From assembly GCA_035526525.1 (NCBI GenBank), contig DATLCG010000142.1, positions 1 to 56,403 of the forward strand: a stretch of 56,403 bases of DNA, given 5' to 3'. Both the position numbers and the translations under genes were made by a program. The stretch is from Candidatus Binatia bacterium. GTDB lineage: Bacteria; Pseudomonadota; Gammaproteobacteria; Nevskiales; Nevskiaceae. The notes under the pieces were generated by a model. It worked only from the letters and a program-made list of their open reading frames with translations, was not told where the DNA came from and did not search any database. Below are positions 32,657-42,262 of this stretch, piece after piece; the first letter of the stretch is position 1; every line of letters starts with the position of its first letter.

Positions 32657-33583
32657 TCACTTCCCCGGCGGTGCGGCCTCGGGTGCCGGCTTGGCCGGCG
32701 CGGTGCCTGCGGCTTCCGGTTTCTTGTCGGCCGGTGGCGGCTCCGGCACCTTGAGCATCTCGTCCTGCAGTGCCTTCGACAGCGTGTACACCACGCCGAG
32801 GTCGGCGCGGTAGAGCTGGAATTGCGGATCGCGCTGCGTCACCACGAATTCGCGCGCACTGCCGTCCTTCAGCACCACGCGCACGCGTTCGCCCTTGAGC
32901 GCCGCGACGTCCTTCGGCATCTCGTTCCACATCGCGCGCGCCGTCCTCCACGCGTCGGCCATCTTCTGCAGCTGGTCCGCGCCCGCCTTCGGATCGGCCG
33001 GCGACAGCTGCCAGCCCCTGGCGTCGGCGGCGCGCACCAGCGCCAGCTTCGGCAGCTCGACGCGCGCGATCTCCGCGCCCTCGGGCAGCAGGTTCTTCGC
33101 GACCAGGTCGGAGTAGTCCGCATCGAGCGCCGCCGTCGGCGGGTCCTCCAGCAGGAACACTTCGTCGCCGCGCTTGACGTAGCGGCGGTACTGCAGCGGC
33201 TCGACCATGCCAAAATCCAGCTTCACGTCGTTCAGCGTCAGCGAGTATTCCGGCGGATCCAGCTTCAGCTCCGCCAGCGACAGCTGCGCGCGCTCGAGTT
33301 TTTCCTTGGTGTCGCGCTCGGCCAGTGCCGTCAGCGAGCTCACCTCCAGAACCTCGGCGTCGACGGCCACCGGGGCGGTCAGGCGCCAGCGACCGTCCTG
33401 CTTTTCGAGGCGGATGGCCGCGGCGCGCGGATGCTCCAGGACGATCTTCGTTACGTCGCCGGATTTCAGCGGCGTCAGCGGCGGGCCGGTTTCGTCCTTC
33501 TTCTGCCCCAGCCACACGGCCACGCCCAGCGCCCCGGCGACGCCGAGCAGCACCAGGTTGAACGTGCCGCGACGGATCGCCAT
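32657..33583 (-). CDS. DUF4340-like protein (auxiliary component of the ABC/GldG system)
   Basis: 308 aa. N-terminal TM, beta-rich body, Pro/Ala/Lys-rich tail. Position after a GldG-family gene matches the usual DUF4340 context. Confidence 0.65.
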   Translation of the reverse strand: MAIRRGTFNLVLLGVAGALGVAVWLGQKKDETGPPLTPLKSGDVTKIVLEHPRAAAIRLEKQDGRWRLTAPVAVDAEVLEVSSLTALAERDTKEKLERAQLSLAELKLDPPEYSLTLNDVKLDFGMVEPLQYRRYVKRGDEVFLLEDPPTAALDADYSDLVAKNLLPEGAEIARVELPKLALVRAADARGWQLSPADPKAGADQLQKMADAWRTARAMWNEMPKDVAALKGERVRVVLKDGSAREFVVTQRDPQFQLYRADLGVVYTLSKALQDEMLKVPEPPPADKKPEAAGTAPAKPAPEAAPPGK

Positions 33584-33587
33584 GCGC

Positions 33588-34943
33588 TCAGCGGCGGCGC
33601 CGCACGACCCAGCGCGCCACGCCGAAGCCCAGCAGGCCCGCGGGCAGCACGAAGGCGAACGCGAGGTAGATCGCGTACAGGCCGAAGGGCGACAGGTTCA
33701 GCTCTCGGTCGGGCGCCTTCGGCACGTCGATGTTCAGCTGGGCATCGCGCGACGCCAGCCATTGCGCCAGGTTCAGGCCCAGCAAGGCGTTGCCCAGCTG
33801 GCCGATGTACGCGTTGGTGATGAAGTCGCCGTCGCCGATCACCGCTGCGCGCTGCGGCGTCGGCTCCGGATGCTCCTTGTCCTCCGATTTCGCCGCCCGC
33901 GTCATGGTCACGCCGATGGTCAGCGGCCCGTTGGTGTCGCCTTGCTTCGGGTCGAGCGACAGGTTGCCCTCCAGCGGCCCCGCCTCGGCCCAGGCCTTGT
34001 CGCTCGTGGCGAGCAGCGGCTCCACCGCCCAGCCGGCATCGCCCTGGTACGTCAGCGCGCGCACCATCGGAAACAGCGCGTTCTCGGAAAAGTCCTTGGT
34101 CACGGCGTTCGGCGGGTACTGCGTGGTGATGTACACGTAGGGAGGCAGTCCCAGCGCGGCCGACTCGAGCAGGATCGCGGTGCCTTTCACCCACGCGATG
34201 CCCAGGGTTTTGGCCAGCTCCTCGAGGTTCGCCGGCGAGTCCGGATCGGCGAGCCACAGCACGTTGCCGCCGCCGGCCACGAACTCGTTCACCAGCTTCG
34301 CCTCTCCGGCCAGCAGCTTCTTCTGCGGAGCGGCAATGATGAGCACCGAGGTGTTGTCGGGGATGCGCAAGTCGGACGCCAGGTTCAGGCTCTTGATCTT
34401 CAGGCCCTTGTCGCGCAGCACCTGCGCGAAATCCGACAGCCCGCCGCGCTCGGTGTCCTCCACCGAATGCTCGCCGTGGCCCTCCAGGAACACCACCCAG
34501 CGCTCGCCGGAGTACGTCAGGCGCTGCAGCGCGGTGGTCACCACCTGCTCGGTGGTCGCGGTCAGGCTCTCGCGACGGCCCTGGTACTCGACCACGACCT
34601 CGCCCGCGCGCGAGATGTTGTAGTCCTTCACCTTCTGCGGCTGCGTGCTTGGATCGATGAAGTCGACCGAGATGTCCTTCTTGAAGCGCTGGTAGCGGCC
34701 GATGTCGCTCTCGAGCGACTCGCGCAGCTCCGAGCGCGGATAGATGAAGACGTGGAACACGATGGGGCCGGTCATGGCCTCGAGCTGCTTGCGGCTGGCC
34801 TCGGTCAGCGTGTTGCGGTGGCCCGCGGTCCAGTCCACCTGCAGCTTGTAGCGCGTGGACAGCCAGCCCAGCATCACGATCACCGCCACGAACAGCACGG
34901 CCGATACGGCCTGCTGCAGCAGCACCTGCCTGCGGGTGGCCAT
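33588..34943 (-). CDS. GldG-family ABC transport auxiliary protein
   Basis: 451 aa. TM at both ends; ...VVFLEGHGE..., ...VLIIAAPQKKL..., ...AVIGDGDFITN... motifs of the ABC_transp_aux family. Confidence 0.8.
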   Translation of the reverse strand: MATRRQVLLQQAVSAVLFVAVIVMLGWLSTRYKLQVDWTAGHRNTLTEASRKQLEAMTGPIVFHVFIYPRSELRESLESDIGRYQRFKKDISVDFIDPSTQPQKVKDYNISRAGEVVVEYQGRRESLTATTEQVVTTALQRLTYSGERWVVFLEGHGEHSVEDTERGGLSDFAQVLRDKGLKIKSLNLASDLRIPDNTSVLIIAAPQKKLLAGEAKLVNEFVAGGGNVLWLADPDSPANLEELAKTLGIAWVKGTAILLESAALGLPPYVYITTQYPPNAVTKDFSENALFPMVRALTYQGDAGWAVEPLLATSDKAWAEAGPLEGNLSLDPKQGDTNGPLTIGVTMTRAAKSEDKEHPEPTPQRAAVIGDGDFITNAYIGQLGNALLGLNLAQWLASRDAQLNIDVPKAPDRELNLSPFGLYAIYLAFAFVLPAGLLGFGVARWVVRRRR

Positions 34944-34944
34944 G

Positions 34945-35685
34945 TCAGTTCCGCTCCAGGTCGAGGCGCTGCACCGTGAGCCACAGGAACAGTGCGGTGA
35001 ACAGCAGGTAGTAGACGACGTCGGCGGTGTTGAACACGCCGCGGCGCAGCTGCTCGTAGTGCGCGATCAGCGACAGGTACCCGATCACCTCGGCGAAGGG
35101 GACCTCCTGGTACGACAGGATCTGCACCAGCCACACCAGCAGCAGCAGGCCGAAGCCGCCGACCGCGGCAATGGTCGGCTCGCGCGTGAGCGACGAGACG
35201 AACAGGCCCGCCGCGCCGAACGCCATCATCATCAGCAGCAGGCCGAGCAGCCCCGCGGCGATGCGGCCCAGGTCGAGCGCCGAGCCCGGCAGCAGCGCCA
35301 GCGGCATCGCCGCCAGCAGCGCCAGCAGCGCCAGCATGAAGCCGCCGAGGCCGAGGAACTTGCCGAGCACGATCTCGGTGAGCGACGCCGGCGACGACAG
35401 CAACAGCGTCAGCGAGCCCGACCTGCGCTCCTCAGAGATCAGCCGCATCGTCATCAGCGGCATCACCAGCAGCAGCACGATGGTGGCGAAGCCGTAGAGC
35501 GAGCCGCCGATGTAGTCGGCCAGGCCGGTGAACTGGTCGCCCATGTCCTGGTTGCGGACGTAGTCGATCAGCAGGTTGATGAAGACGAAGCCGAGGATCA
35601 GCTGCACCACGGCGAGCACCGCCCAGGCCAGCGGCGAGACGAAGATGCGGCGCAGCTCGTTGCGCGCGATCACCAGCATGCTCAT
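34945..35685 (-). CDS. ABC-2 family transporter permease
   Basis: 246 aa from the ATG at 35685 (ATGA overlap with the ATPase stop). Six hydrophobic segments; ...ISEERRSGSLTLLLSSP... motif. Confidence 0.85.
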   Translation of the reverse strand: MSMLVIARNELRRIFVSPLAWAVLAVVQLILGFVFINLLIDYVRNQDMGDQFTGLADYIGGSLYGFATIVLLLVMPLMTMRLISEERRSGSLTLLLSSPASLTEIVLGKFLGLGGFMLALLALLAAMPLALLPGSALDLGRIAAGLLGLLLMMMAFGAAGLFVSSLTREPTIAAVGGFGLLLLVWLVQILSYQEVPFAEVIGYLSLIAHYEQLRRGVFNTADVVYYLLFTALFLWLTVQRLDLERN

Positions 35686-36629
35686 GCGGCCACCTGCGCC
35701 GGGGGCGCGGTCTCGTCGCCGGAAGTCAGTTCCACGAAAATCTCCTCGAGGTTCTTCTGCTCGGCGCGCAGCTCGAACAGGCCCCAGCCGTTCTTCACCG
35801 CGGCGTCGGCGATCGCATCGCGCGGGTCGGCGCCGTCGGCGCAGTGCAGGCGGAAGCGGCCCTCGCCCAGGTCCTCCGCGGCGCTGACGCCGCGGACGGC
35901 CTCCAGCGCGGACGGCGCGGGTGGCCGCCGCAGCCGCACGGCGACGCTGCCGAAGCGCGTGTCGCGCGACACCGGCTCGCTGTACACCGCGACGCCGCGG
36001 TGGATGATCATCACGCGCCCGCACACGGCCTGGATCTCCGGGAGGATGTGGCTCGACAGGATCACCGAGTGGTTCTCGCCGAGCCGCGCGATCAGCGCGC
36101 GGATCTCGCGGATCTGGATCGGGTCGAGGCCGACGGTCGGCTCGTCCAGGATCACCACCGGCGGCCGGTGCAGGATCGCCTGCGCGATGCCGACGCGCTG
36201 CTGGAAGCCCTTCGACAGGTTGCCGACCAGCCGCTTCGCCACCTCGGCCAGGCCGCAGTCCTTCTTGGCCGACTCGATCGCGGCCTCCCGCGCGTCGCGG
36301 GCGATGCCGTGCAGGCCGGCGCAGAAGTCGAGGTACTCGTCCACCGTGAGCTCGGGATACAGCGGGGGCTGTTCCGGCAGGTAGCCGAGGTGCTGCTTGG
36401 CGGCCTTGGGATCCTCGCGCAGGTTGATGCCATGGATCAGCACCTCGCCGGACGATGGCGCCAGGCTGCCGGCCAGCATCTTCAGCGTGGTGGACTTGCC
36501 CGCGCCGTTGGGACCGAGCAGGCCGAGGATCTCGCCCTTGCGCAGCGTCAGGCTCAGGTCCGACACCGCGAGCGTCGGGCCGTAGCGCCGCGCCAGGTGC
36601 CGCGCCTCGATGAGGATTTCGCCGTCCAT
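35682..36629 (-). CDS. ABC transporter ATP-binding protein
   Basis: MDGEILIEARHLARRYG..., Walker A GPNGAGKST, LSKGFQQRVGIA, Walker B VVILDEPTVGLD. ATG at 36629 has AAGGA about 10 nt upstream. The TTG at 36653 used by the track looks less likely. Confidence 0.92.
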   Translation of the reverse strand: MDGEILIEARHLARRYGPTLAVSDLSLTLRKGEILGLLGPNGAGKSTTLKMLAGSLAPSSGEVLIHGINLREDPKAAKQHLGYLPEQPPLYPELTVDEYLDFCAGLHGIARDAREAAIESAKKDCGLAEVAKRLVGNLSKGFQQRVGIAQAILHRPPVVILDEPTVGLDPIQIREIRALIARLGENHSVILSSHILPEIQAVCGRVMIIHRGVAVYSEPVSRDTRFGSVAVRLRRPPAPSALEAVRGVSAAEDLGEGRFRLHCADGADPRDAIADAAVKNGWGLFELRAEQKNLEEIFVELTSGDETAPPAQVAA

Positions 36630-36706
36630 GTGCGTTCTTTTCCTTGGGCCCAAGGGATGCGCCCGCGTCGTCCGCGGTCGCAGGGCGCGGCGATTGTACG
36701 GGCGGA

Positions 36707-36734
36707 GCGCGCCGGTTCAAGCGCGCCGGTTCAG
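36707..36734. repeat. tandem 14-bp direct repeat GCGCGCCGGTTCA(A/G) x2
   Basis: Read directly in the 127-nt spacer between the acyltransferase stop and the ABC ATPase start. Further degenerate GGTTCAG/GCTTCAG copies lie downstream (about 36741-36770). Confidence 0.8.
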
Positions 36735-36756
36735 GAACGCTTCAGCTTGCCGCGGT

Positions 36757-37629
36757 TCAGCGCCCTTTTTCGTACAGCCTGGATTCCCCCTGCGGCCGGC
36801 GCCGGTAGCGCCGGTAGCCCCACCAGTACTGCTCCGGCATCTCGCGCACGACGCTTTCGATGCCGCGATTGAGTGCGGCCGGGCCGTGGTGCGGATCGGT
36901 GATGTCCGCCGGCGCTTCGCGCAAGTGGATGCGGAAGCCGGCGCCGCGCGGCAGCCGCTCGCCCCAGCAGAACCAGACGGGCGCGCCGGTGCGGGCGGCG
37001 AGCTTGCTCACCAGCTCAGTCGTGTGCGCGGAAATTCCGAACAGCGGCGCGAACACGCCGGAGCCCGCCGGGGGATCCTGGTCGGGAAGGATGCCGATGG
37101 TCTCGCGCCGGCGCAGTGCTTCCAGCAACGTCTTCACGCCGCCGGTGGTGCTCGGCGCGAGCCGCGCGCCCAGCCGCGCGCGGCCCTGCAGGATCAGGTC
37201 GTCCATCACGCCCGGTTGCGGCTTGTACAGGGACGTTAACGGCACGCTTGCGGCACAGAACATTCCGGCCAGCTCCCACGAGCCCAGGTGCGGCCCGAGC
37301 AAGATCAGCCCGCGCTCGCGCGCCAGGGACTGCAGCTGCGTGCGCGCCACGCCGTCATCGATCCAGCGCAGCAGGCGTGACCGCGATCCGAACCACACGG
37401 CCGGCGCCTCGAGCGCGGCGCGTCCGAAGTGCAGCAGGCTCTGGCGCGCCACGAGATCGCGCTCCGCGCCCGTCAATCCCAGGCAGCGCTCGACGTGCAG
37501 CAGGGTCACGTAGCGCGCGCGGTTCGGCACGGCCCACAGCAGCCAGCCGGCGGCGGCGCCCACCGCGTGCAGCAGCGCCAGCGGCAGGTGCCCGAGCAGG
37601 GTCAGGCCGGCTCGCAGGAGGACGCGCAT
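36757..37629 (-). CDS. lysophospholipid/lipid A acyltransferase (LpxL/HtrB family)
   Basis: 290 aa from the ATG at 37629. N-terminal TM, catalytic HX4E/D-type motif GPHLGSWELAG, ...ILPDQDP..., ...PEQYWWGYRRY.... The 669-aa track ORF is an artefactual extension. Confidence 0.82.
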   Translation of the reverse strand: MRVLLRAGLTLLGHLPLALLHAVGAAAGWLLWAVPNRARYVTLLHVERCLGLTGAERDLVARQSLLHFGRAALEAPAVWFGSRSRLLRWIDDGVARTQLQSLARERGLILLGPHLGSWELAGMFCAASVPLTSLYKPQPGVMDDLILQGRARLGARLAPSTTGGVKTLLEALRRRETIGILPDQDPPAGSGVFAPLFGISAHTTELVSKLAARTGAPVWFCWGERLPRGAGFRIHLREAPADITDPHHGPAALNRGIESVVREMPEQYWWGYRRYRRRPQGESRLYEKGR

Positions 37630-37668
37630 GGTGCCGCGATTGTAGCGACGCGTCGGCATAATCCCCCG

Positions 37669-38847
37669 ATGACCGCCGCCGCCCGCGCCGTGCCCAGGCT
37701 GCCCGCCGGCGTGTGGGCCCTGGGCGTCGTCAGTTTTTTCATGGACGGATCGAGCGAGCTGATCCACAGCCTGCTGCCGGTGTTCCTGGTCGGCACGCTC
37801 GGCGCCAGCGCGGCGGCGCTGGGCTGGATCGAAGGCCTCGCCGAGGGGCTCGCCTCGCTGGTGAAGTTCTTCTCCGGTGTGGCGTCGGACCGGCTTGCGC
37901 GCCGCAAGACGCTGGTGGTGATCGGCTACGCGCTCGCGGCGCTGTCCAAGCCGCTGTTCCCGCTGGCCGGCGGCGCCGGCGCGGTGCTGGCCGCGCGGCT
38001 CATCGACCGTACCGGCAAGGGCATTCGCGGCGCGCCGCGCGATGCACTGGTGGCCGACCTCACCGACGAGCGCCAGCGCGGTGCCGCGTTCGGGCTGCGG
38101 CAGGCACTGGACACCGCCGGCGCGGTGGGAGGCCCGCTCGCCGCGGTCGCGCTGATGATCGCGTTCGCCGGCGAGGTGCGCGCGGTGCTCTGGTTCGCGC
38201 TGATCCCGGCGGCGCTCGCGGTGCTCGTGCTGCTGGTGTTCGTGCGCGAGCCCGCGCGCCGGATGGCGCCCTCGCCGCGCACGCTGCCGCGCTGGGCCGC
38301 GCTGCGCGCGCTGCCGGCCCCGCTCTGGATGCTGCTGGTGGCGACGGCGCCATTCACCCTGGCGCGGTTCTCGGAAGCATTCCTGCTCCTGCGCGCACAG
38401 GGCGCAGGGCTGGCGGACGCGAAGGTGCCGCTGGTGCTGGCCACGATGAGCGCGGCGTATGCGGCGTCGGCCTATCCAGCCGGGCGGCTGTCGGACCGCG
38501 TGCCGCGCGGCCGCCTGCTGGTCGCGGGCTGCGGCGTGCTGGTCGTCGCCGACCTCTGCCTGGCCGCGGCCCCGTCGCTGGCGTGGATTTTCGGCGGCGC
38601 GGTGCTGTGGGGATTGCACATGGGCCTCACCGAGGGACTGGTCGCCGCGCTCGTGGCGGATCGCGCGCCGCCCGCGCAGCGGGGCGCGGCATTCGGATTG
38701 CTGCACTTGCAGCGTGGCGTGCTGCTGCTCGCCGCCAGCGTGCTCGCGGGCTTGCTGTGGCAGCACGCGGGCGCGGCGGCGACGTTCGGAGCGGGGGCCG
38801 CGCTGGCGGCCGCGGGCGCAATCGCCCTGCTGGCGGCCCGGGCATGA
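37669..38847 (+). CDS. MFS transporter
   Basis: 392 aa from the ATG at 37669. 12 predicted TM segments. MFS loop motif ...SDRLARRKTLVVIG... and ...RLSDRVPRGRLL.... Confidence 0.85.
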   Translation: MTAAARAVPRLPAGVWALGVVSFFMDGSSELIHSLLPVFLVGTLGASAAALGWIEGLAEGLASLVKFFSGVASDRLARRKTLVVIGYALAALSKPLFPLAGGAGAVLAARLIDRTGKGIRGAPRDALVADLTDERQRGAAFGLRQALDTAGAVGGPLAAVALMIAFAGEVRAVLWFALIPAALAVLVLLVFVREPARRMAPSPRTLPRWAALRALPAPLWMLLVATAPFTLARFSEAFLLLRAQGAGLADAKVPLVLATMSAAYAASAYPAGRLSDRVPRGRLLVAGCGVLVVADLCLAAAPSLAWIFGGAVLWGLHMGLTEGLVAALVADRAPPAQRGAAFGLLHLQRGVLLLAASVLAGLLWQHAGAAATFGAGAALAAAGAIALLAARA

Positions 38848-39284
38848 TCGGCCTGCTGCAGCGTGTGAGCCGCGCGAGCGTGCTGGTGGACGGCCGGGCG
38901 GCCGGCGAGATCGGCCGCGGGCTGCTGGTGCTGGTCGGCGTGCAGCCAGGCGACGGCGAGCCGCAGGCCGAGCGCCTGCTGGAGCGCCTGCTCGGCTACC
39001 GCGTGTTTCCCGACGAGGCCGGGCGCATGAACCGCTCGCTGCGCGACATCGCCGGCGGGCTGCTGCTGGTCCCGCAGTTCACGCTGGCGGCCGACACGGC
39101 GAAGGGCTCGCGCCCGGGCTTCTCGACCGCGGCTCCACCGGAGCAGGCCCGCGAGCGTTTCGAGCACCTGTTGCGCCTGGCGCGCCACGACTGGCCGTCC
39201 ACGCAGGCCGGCGTCTTCGGGGCCGACATGCAGGTCGAGCTGGTGAACGACGGGCCGGTGACGTTCTGGCTCGAAACGAATTAG
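38844..39284 (+). CDS. dtd: D-aminoacyl-tRNA deacylase
   Basis: [17 protein letters not shown]...GLLVLVGV...[17 protein letters not shown]...[10 protein letters not shown]. 146 aa. ATGA overlap with the MFS stop. Confidence 0.93.
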   Translation: MIGLLQRVSRASVLVDGRAAGEIGRGLLVLVGVQPGDGEPQAERLLERLLGYRVFPDEAGRMNRSLRDIAGGLLLVPQFTLAADTAKGSRPGFSTAAPPEQARERFEHLLRLARHDWPSTQAGVFGADMQVELVNDGPVTFWLETN

Positions 39285-39327
39285 GCGTATCCTAGCCCGC
39301 CTTTTTCGCCCGGCATTCCGAAAACGC

Positions 39328-39912
39328 GTGCGCACTGCCAGCGTCTCCCGCAACACCAAGGAAACGCAGATCCGCGTCGAGCTGAACCTCGACGGCAGCG
39401 GCAACGCGCGCCTGTCCACCGGCATCCCGTTCCTCGAGCACATGCTCGACCAGGTCGCGCGGCACGGCCTGTTCGACCTCACCATCGAGGGCAAGGGCGA
39501 CGTGCACATCGATCATCACCACATGGTCGAGGACATCGGCATCGTGATGGGGCAGGCGCTGGAGCAGGCGGTCGGCGACAAGGCGGGACTGCGCCGCTAC
39601 GGCCACGCCTACGTGCCGCTCGACGAGGCGCTGTCGCGCGTGGTGGTGGACCTTTCCGGCCGGCCGGGACTCGAATACTTCGTGGAATTTCCCCGCGCCC
39701 GCATCGCCGAATTCGACGTGGACCTGTTTCGCGAGTTCTTCCAGGGCTTCGCCAACCACGCCAAGGTGACGCTGCACGTCGACGCCCTGCGCGGGCGCAA
39801 CGCGCATCACATCGCCGAAACCGCGTTCAAGGCGTTCGGCCGCGCCCTGCGCATGGCCTGCGAGCGCGACGCGCGCGTCGCCGGCGTGCCTTCGACCAAA
39901 GGAACGCTGTAA
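39328..39912 (+). CDS. hisB: imidazoleglycerol-phosphate dehydratase
   Basis: ...[18 protein letters not shown]...[19 protein letters not shown]...[11 protein letters not shown]...[17 protein letters not shown].... 194 aa, GTG start. Confidence 0.97.
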   Translation: MRTASVSRNTKETQIRVELNLDGSGNARLSTGIPFLEHMLDQVARHGLFDLTIEGKGDVHIDHHHMVEDIGIVMGQALEQAVGDKAGLRRYGHAYVPLDEALSRVVVDLSGRPGLEYFVEFPRARIAEFDVDLFREFFQGFANHAKVTLHVDALRGRNAHHIAETAFKAFGRALRMACERDARVAGVPSTKGTL

Positions 39913-39920
39913 GGCACGAA

Positions 39921-40565
39921 GTGGCCGAGACGATTGGCGTCATCGACTACGGCATGGGCAACCTGCACTCGCTCGGCAAGGCGCTCGAGCGCGTGGCCAG
40001 CAGCCAGCGCGTGGTGGTCAGTTACGACCCCGACGAGCTGCGTCACTGCGACAAGCTGGTGCTGCCGGGCGTCGGCGGCGTGCGCGCCTGCATGAAGGAG
40101 CTGCAGCGGCTCGAGCTCAACGATCTGGTGATCGAGCAGGCGAAGAAAGTGCCGCTGCTCGGCATCTGCCTCGGCATGCAGGTGCTGCACGAGTGGAGCG
40201 ACGAAAACGAGGGCGTGAAGGCCCTCGGCCTGATTCCCGGCAAGGTCGTGCGTTTTCCGGACCCGGCGCCCGACGCCGCGCCGCGGCTCAAGGTACCGCA
40301 CATGGGCTGGAACCGCGTGCAGCAGACGCGCCGCCACCCGGTGTGGGCCGGCGTGCCCGACCAGAGCTGGTTCTATTTCGTCCACAGCTATCACGCGGAG
40401 CCGCAGAACCGGCAGCACCTGCTCGGCACCGCCGATTACGGCACCCCGTTCGCCGCCGCGGTGACGCGCGAGAACATCGTCGCGTTCCAGTTCCATCCGG
40501 AAAAGAGCCAGGCGCCGGGAATGGCGCTGCTGGCGAATTTCGTCAACTGGAACGGCGTCGGCTGA
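39921..40565 (+). CDS. hisH: imidazole glycerol phosphate synthase, glutaminase subunit HisH
   Basis: ...IGVIDYGMGNLHSLGKALE...LGICLGMQVL...VPHMGWN...FQFHPEKS.... 214 aa, GTG start. Confidence 0.96.
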   Translation: MAETIGVIDYGMGNLHSLGKALERVASSQRVVVSYDPDELRHCDKLVLPGVGGVRACMKELQRLELNDLVIEQAKKVPLLGICLGMQVLHEWSDENEGVKALGLIPGKVVRFPDPAPDAAPRLKVPHMGWNRVQQTRRHPVWAGVPDQSWFYFVHSYHAEPQNRQHLLGTADYGTPFAAAVTRENIVAFQFHPEKSQAPGMALLANFVNWNGVG

Positions 40566-40691
40566 ACGCCTGCCCGCGTTTGACGGCCCCCCGTTTCCGG
40601 TGCAGAGTCGTTCCAGCTTCACGACCCGCTCGCATCGCAACTTTCCAGCGTCCCCGACGGCACCCCTCTTCGCTGCATCGCATCGCGTCAC

Positions 40692-41414
40692 ATGCTGTTG
40701 ATCCCCGCGATTGACCTGAAGAACGGCCAGTGCGTGCGCCTGCGCCAGGGGAAGATGGACGACGCCACCGTGTTTTCCGACGATCCCGCCGCGGTGGCCA
40801 GGCGCTGGGCCGACGAGGGTGCGCAGCGCCTGCACGTGGTCGACCTCGATGGCGCCATGAAGGGCCAACCCATCAACTTCAAGGCGGTCGAGAAGATCAT
40901 CGGCGCCGTGAAGATCCCGGTGCAGGTCGGCGGCGGCGTGCGCGACGAGGACACGGTGCAGCGGCTGCTGAATGCGGGCGCGCAGTACGTCGTCGTCGGC
41001 ACCAAGGCGGTGACCGCCCCCCACTTCCTGCACGACCTGTGCATCGAGTATCCGCGGCACGTGCTCGTCGCCATCGACGCGCGCGACGGCCGCGTGGCGC
41101 TCAACGGCTGGAACAAGATCACCGGCCATGACGCCATCGAGTGCGCCATCCACTGCGAGCGCGACGGCGCCGAGGCCATCATCTACACCGACATCTCCCG
41201 CGACGGGATGATGAGCGGCTTCAACGCGGAAGGGACGCGCCAGCTGGCCAAGTCCGTGAAGACCCCGGTCTATGCATCGGGCGGCATCAGCAGCCTGAAG
41301 GACCTGGCGGCGCTGAAGGAGATCGAGCCCGACGGCATCGTCGGCTGCGTCATCGGCCGGGCGCTGTACGAAGGCACCTTCACCCTGAAGGACGCGATGA
41401 AGGCGATCGCCTAG
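40692..41414 (+). CDS. hisA: 1-(5-phosphoribosyl)-5-[(5-phosphoribosylamino)methylideneamino]imidazole-4-carboxamide isomerase
   Basis: MLLIPAIDLKNGQCVRLRQGKMDDATVFSDDP...LHVVDLDGA...IYTDISRDGMMSG...SGGISSLKD.... 240 aa. Confidence 0.96.
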   Translation: MLLIPAIDLKNGQCVRLRQGKMDDATVFSDDPAAVARRWADEGAQRLHVVDLDGAMKGQPINFKAVEKIIGAVKIPVQVGGGVRDEDTVQRLLNAGAQYVVVGTKAVTAPHFLHDLCIEYPRHVLVAIDARDGRVALNGWNKITGHDAIECAIHCERDGAEAIIYTDISRDGMMSGFNAEGTRQLAKSVKTPVYASGGISSLKDLAALKEIEPDGIVGCVIGRALYEGTFTLKDAMKAIA

Positions 41415-41420
41415 AAGCAC

Positions 41421-42215
41421 GTGCTGGCCAAACGCATCATTCCCTGCCTGGACATCGACCGCGGCCGCGTGGTCAAGGGCGTGCGCTTCGAGGACATGCA
41501 GGACGCCGGCGACCCGGTGGAAGTCGCGCGCCGCTACGACCAGCAGGGCGCCGACGAGCTGGTGTTCCTCGACATCACCGCCAGCGCCGAGGACCGGCCG
41601 GCGCTGTTCGCCACGGTCGAGGCGGTCGCCGAGCAGATCTACATCCCGCTCACCGTCGGCGGCGGCGTGAAGACGTCGGCGGACGTGCGTGCGCTGCTGT
41701 CCGCCGGGGCCGACAAGGTCTCGATCAACACCGGTGCGGTCGAAAACCCCGACTTCGTCACCGAGGCCGGGGACCGCTACGGCGTGCAGTGCATCGTCGT
41801 CGCGATCGATGCCAAGCGCGTGCGCCAGCGCCGCCGCCTGGGGCGGGAGGAACCGCCCGGCCCGCCGCGGTGGGAGGTCTACACGCACGGCGGGCGCAAG
41901 GCCACCGGTCTCGACGCGGTGGAGTGGGCGCAGAAGATGGTGCAGAAGGGCGCCGGCGAGCTGCTGGTCACCAGCATGGACAAGGACGGCACCAAGAAGG
42001 GCTACGACCTCGCGCTGCTCAAGGCCATCAGCAGCGCCGTGCCGGTGCCGGTCGTCGCATCCGGCGGCGTCGGCACGCTGCAGCATCTCCACGACGGCTT
42101 CGCCAAGGGCGGCGCCGATGCCGTGCTGGCGGCCAGCATCTTCCACCAGGGCACGCACACCGTCGCCGAGGTCAAGCTGTTCCTCGCCGCGCAGGGTGTG
42201 CCGATGCGGCTCTAG
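41421..42215 (+). CDS. hisF: imidazole glycerol phosphate synthase, cyclase subunit HisF
   Basis: [33 protein letters not shown]...LVFLDITAS...TVGGGV...ASGGVG.... 264 aa, GTG start. Confidence 0.97.
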   Translation: MLAKRIIPCLDIDRGRVVKGVRFEDMQDAGDPVEVARRYDQQGADELVFLDITASAEDRPALFATVEAVAEQIYIPLTVGGGVKTSADVRALLSAGADKVSINTGAVENPDFVTEAGDRYGVQCIVVAIDAKRVRQRRRLGREEPPGPPRWEVYTHGGRKATGLDAVEWAQKMVQKGAGELLVTSMDKDGTKKGYDLALLKAISSAVPVPVVASGGVGTLQHLHDGFAKGGADAVLAASIFHQGTHTVAEVKLFLAAQGVPMRL

Positions 42216-42262
42216 CGGGTCCTTCACCCTGAGCCGGCCGAGGGGCGGCGTACACTAGCCGC

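Noticed and set aside
39807-42227. 806-aa minus-strand ORF
   Set aside because: It is antisense to hisH, hisA and hisF, which are unambiguous. The translation has no family signature.
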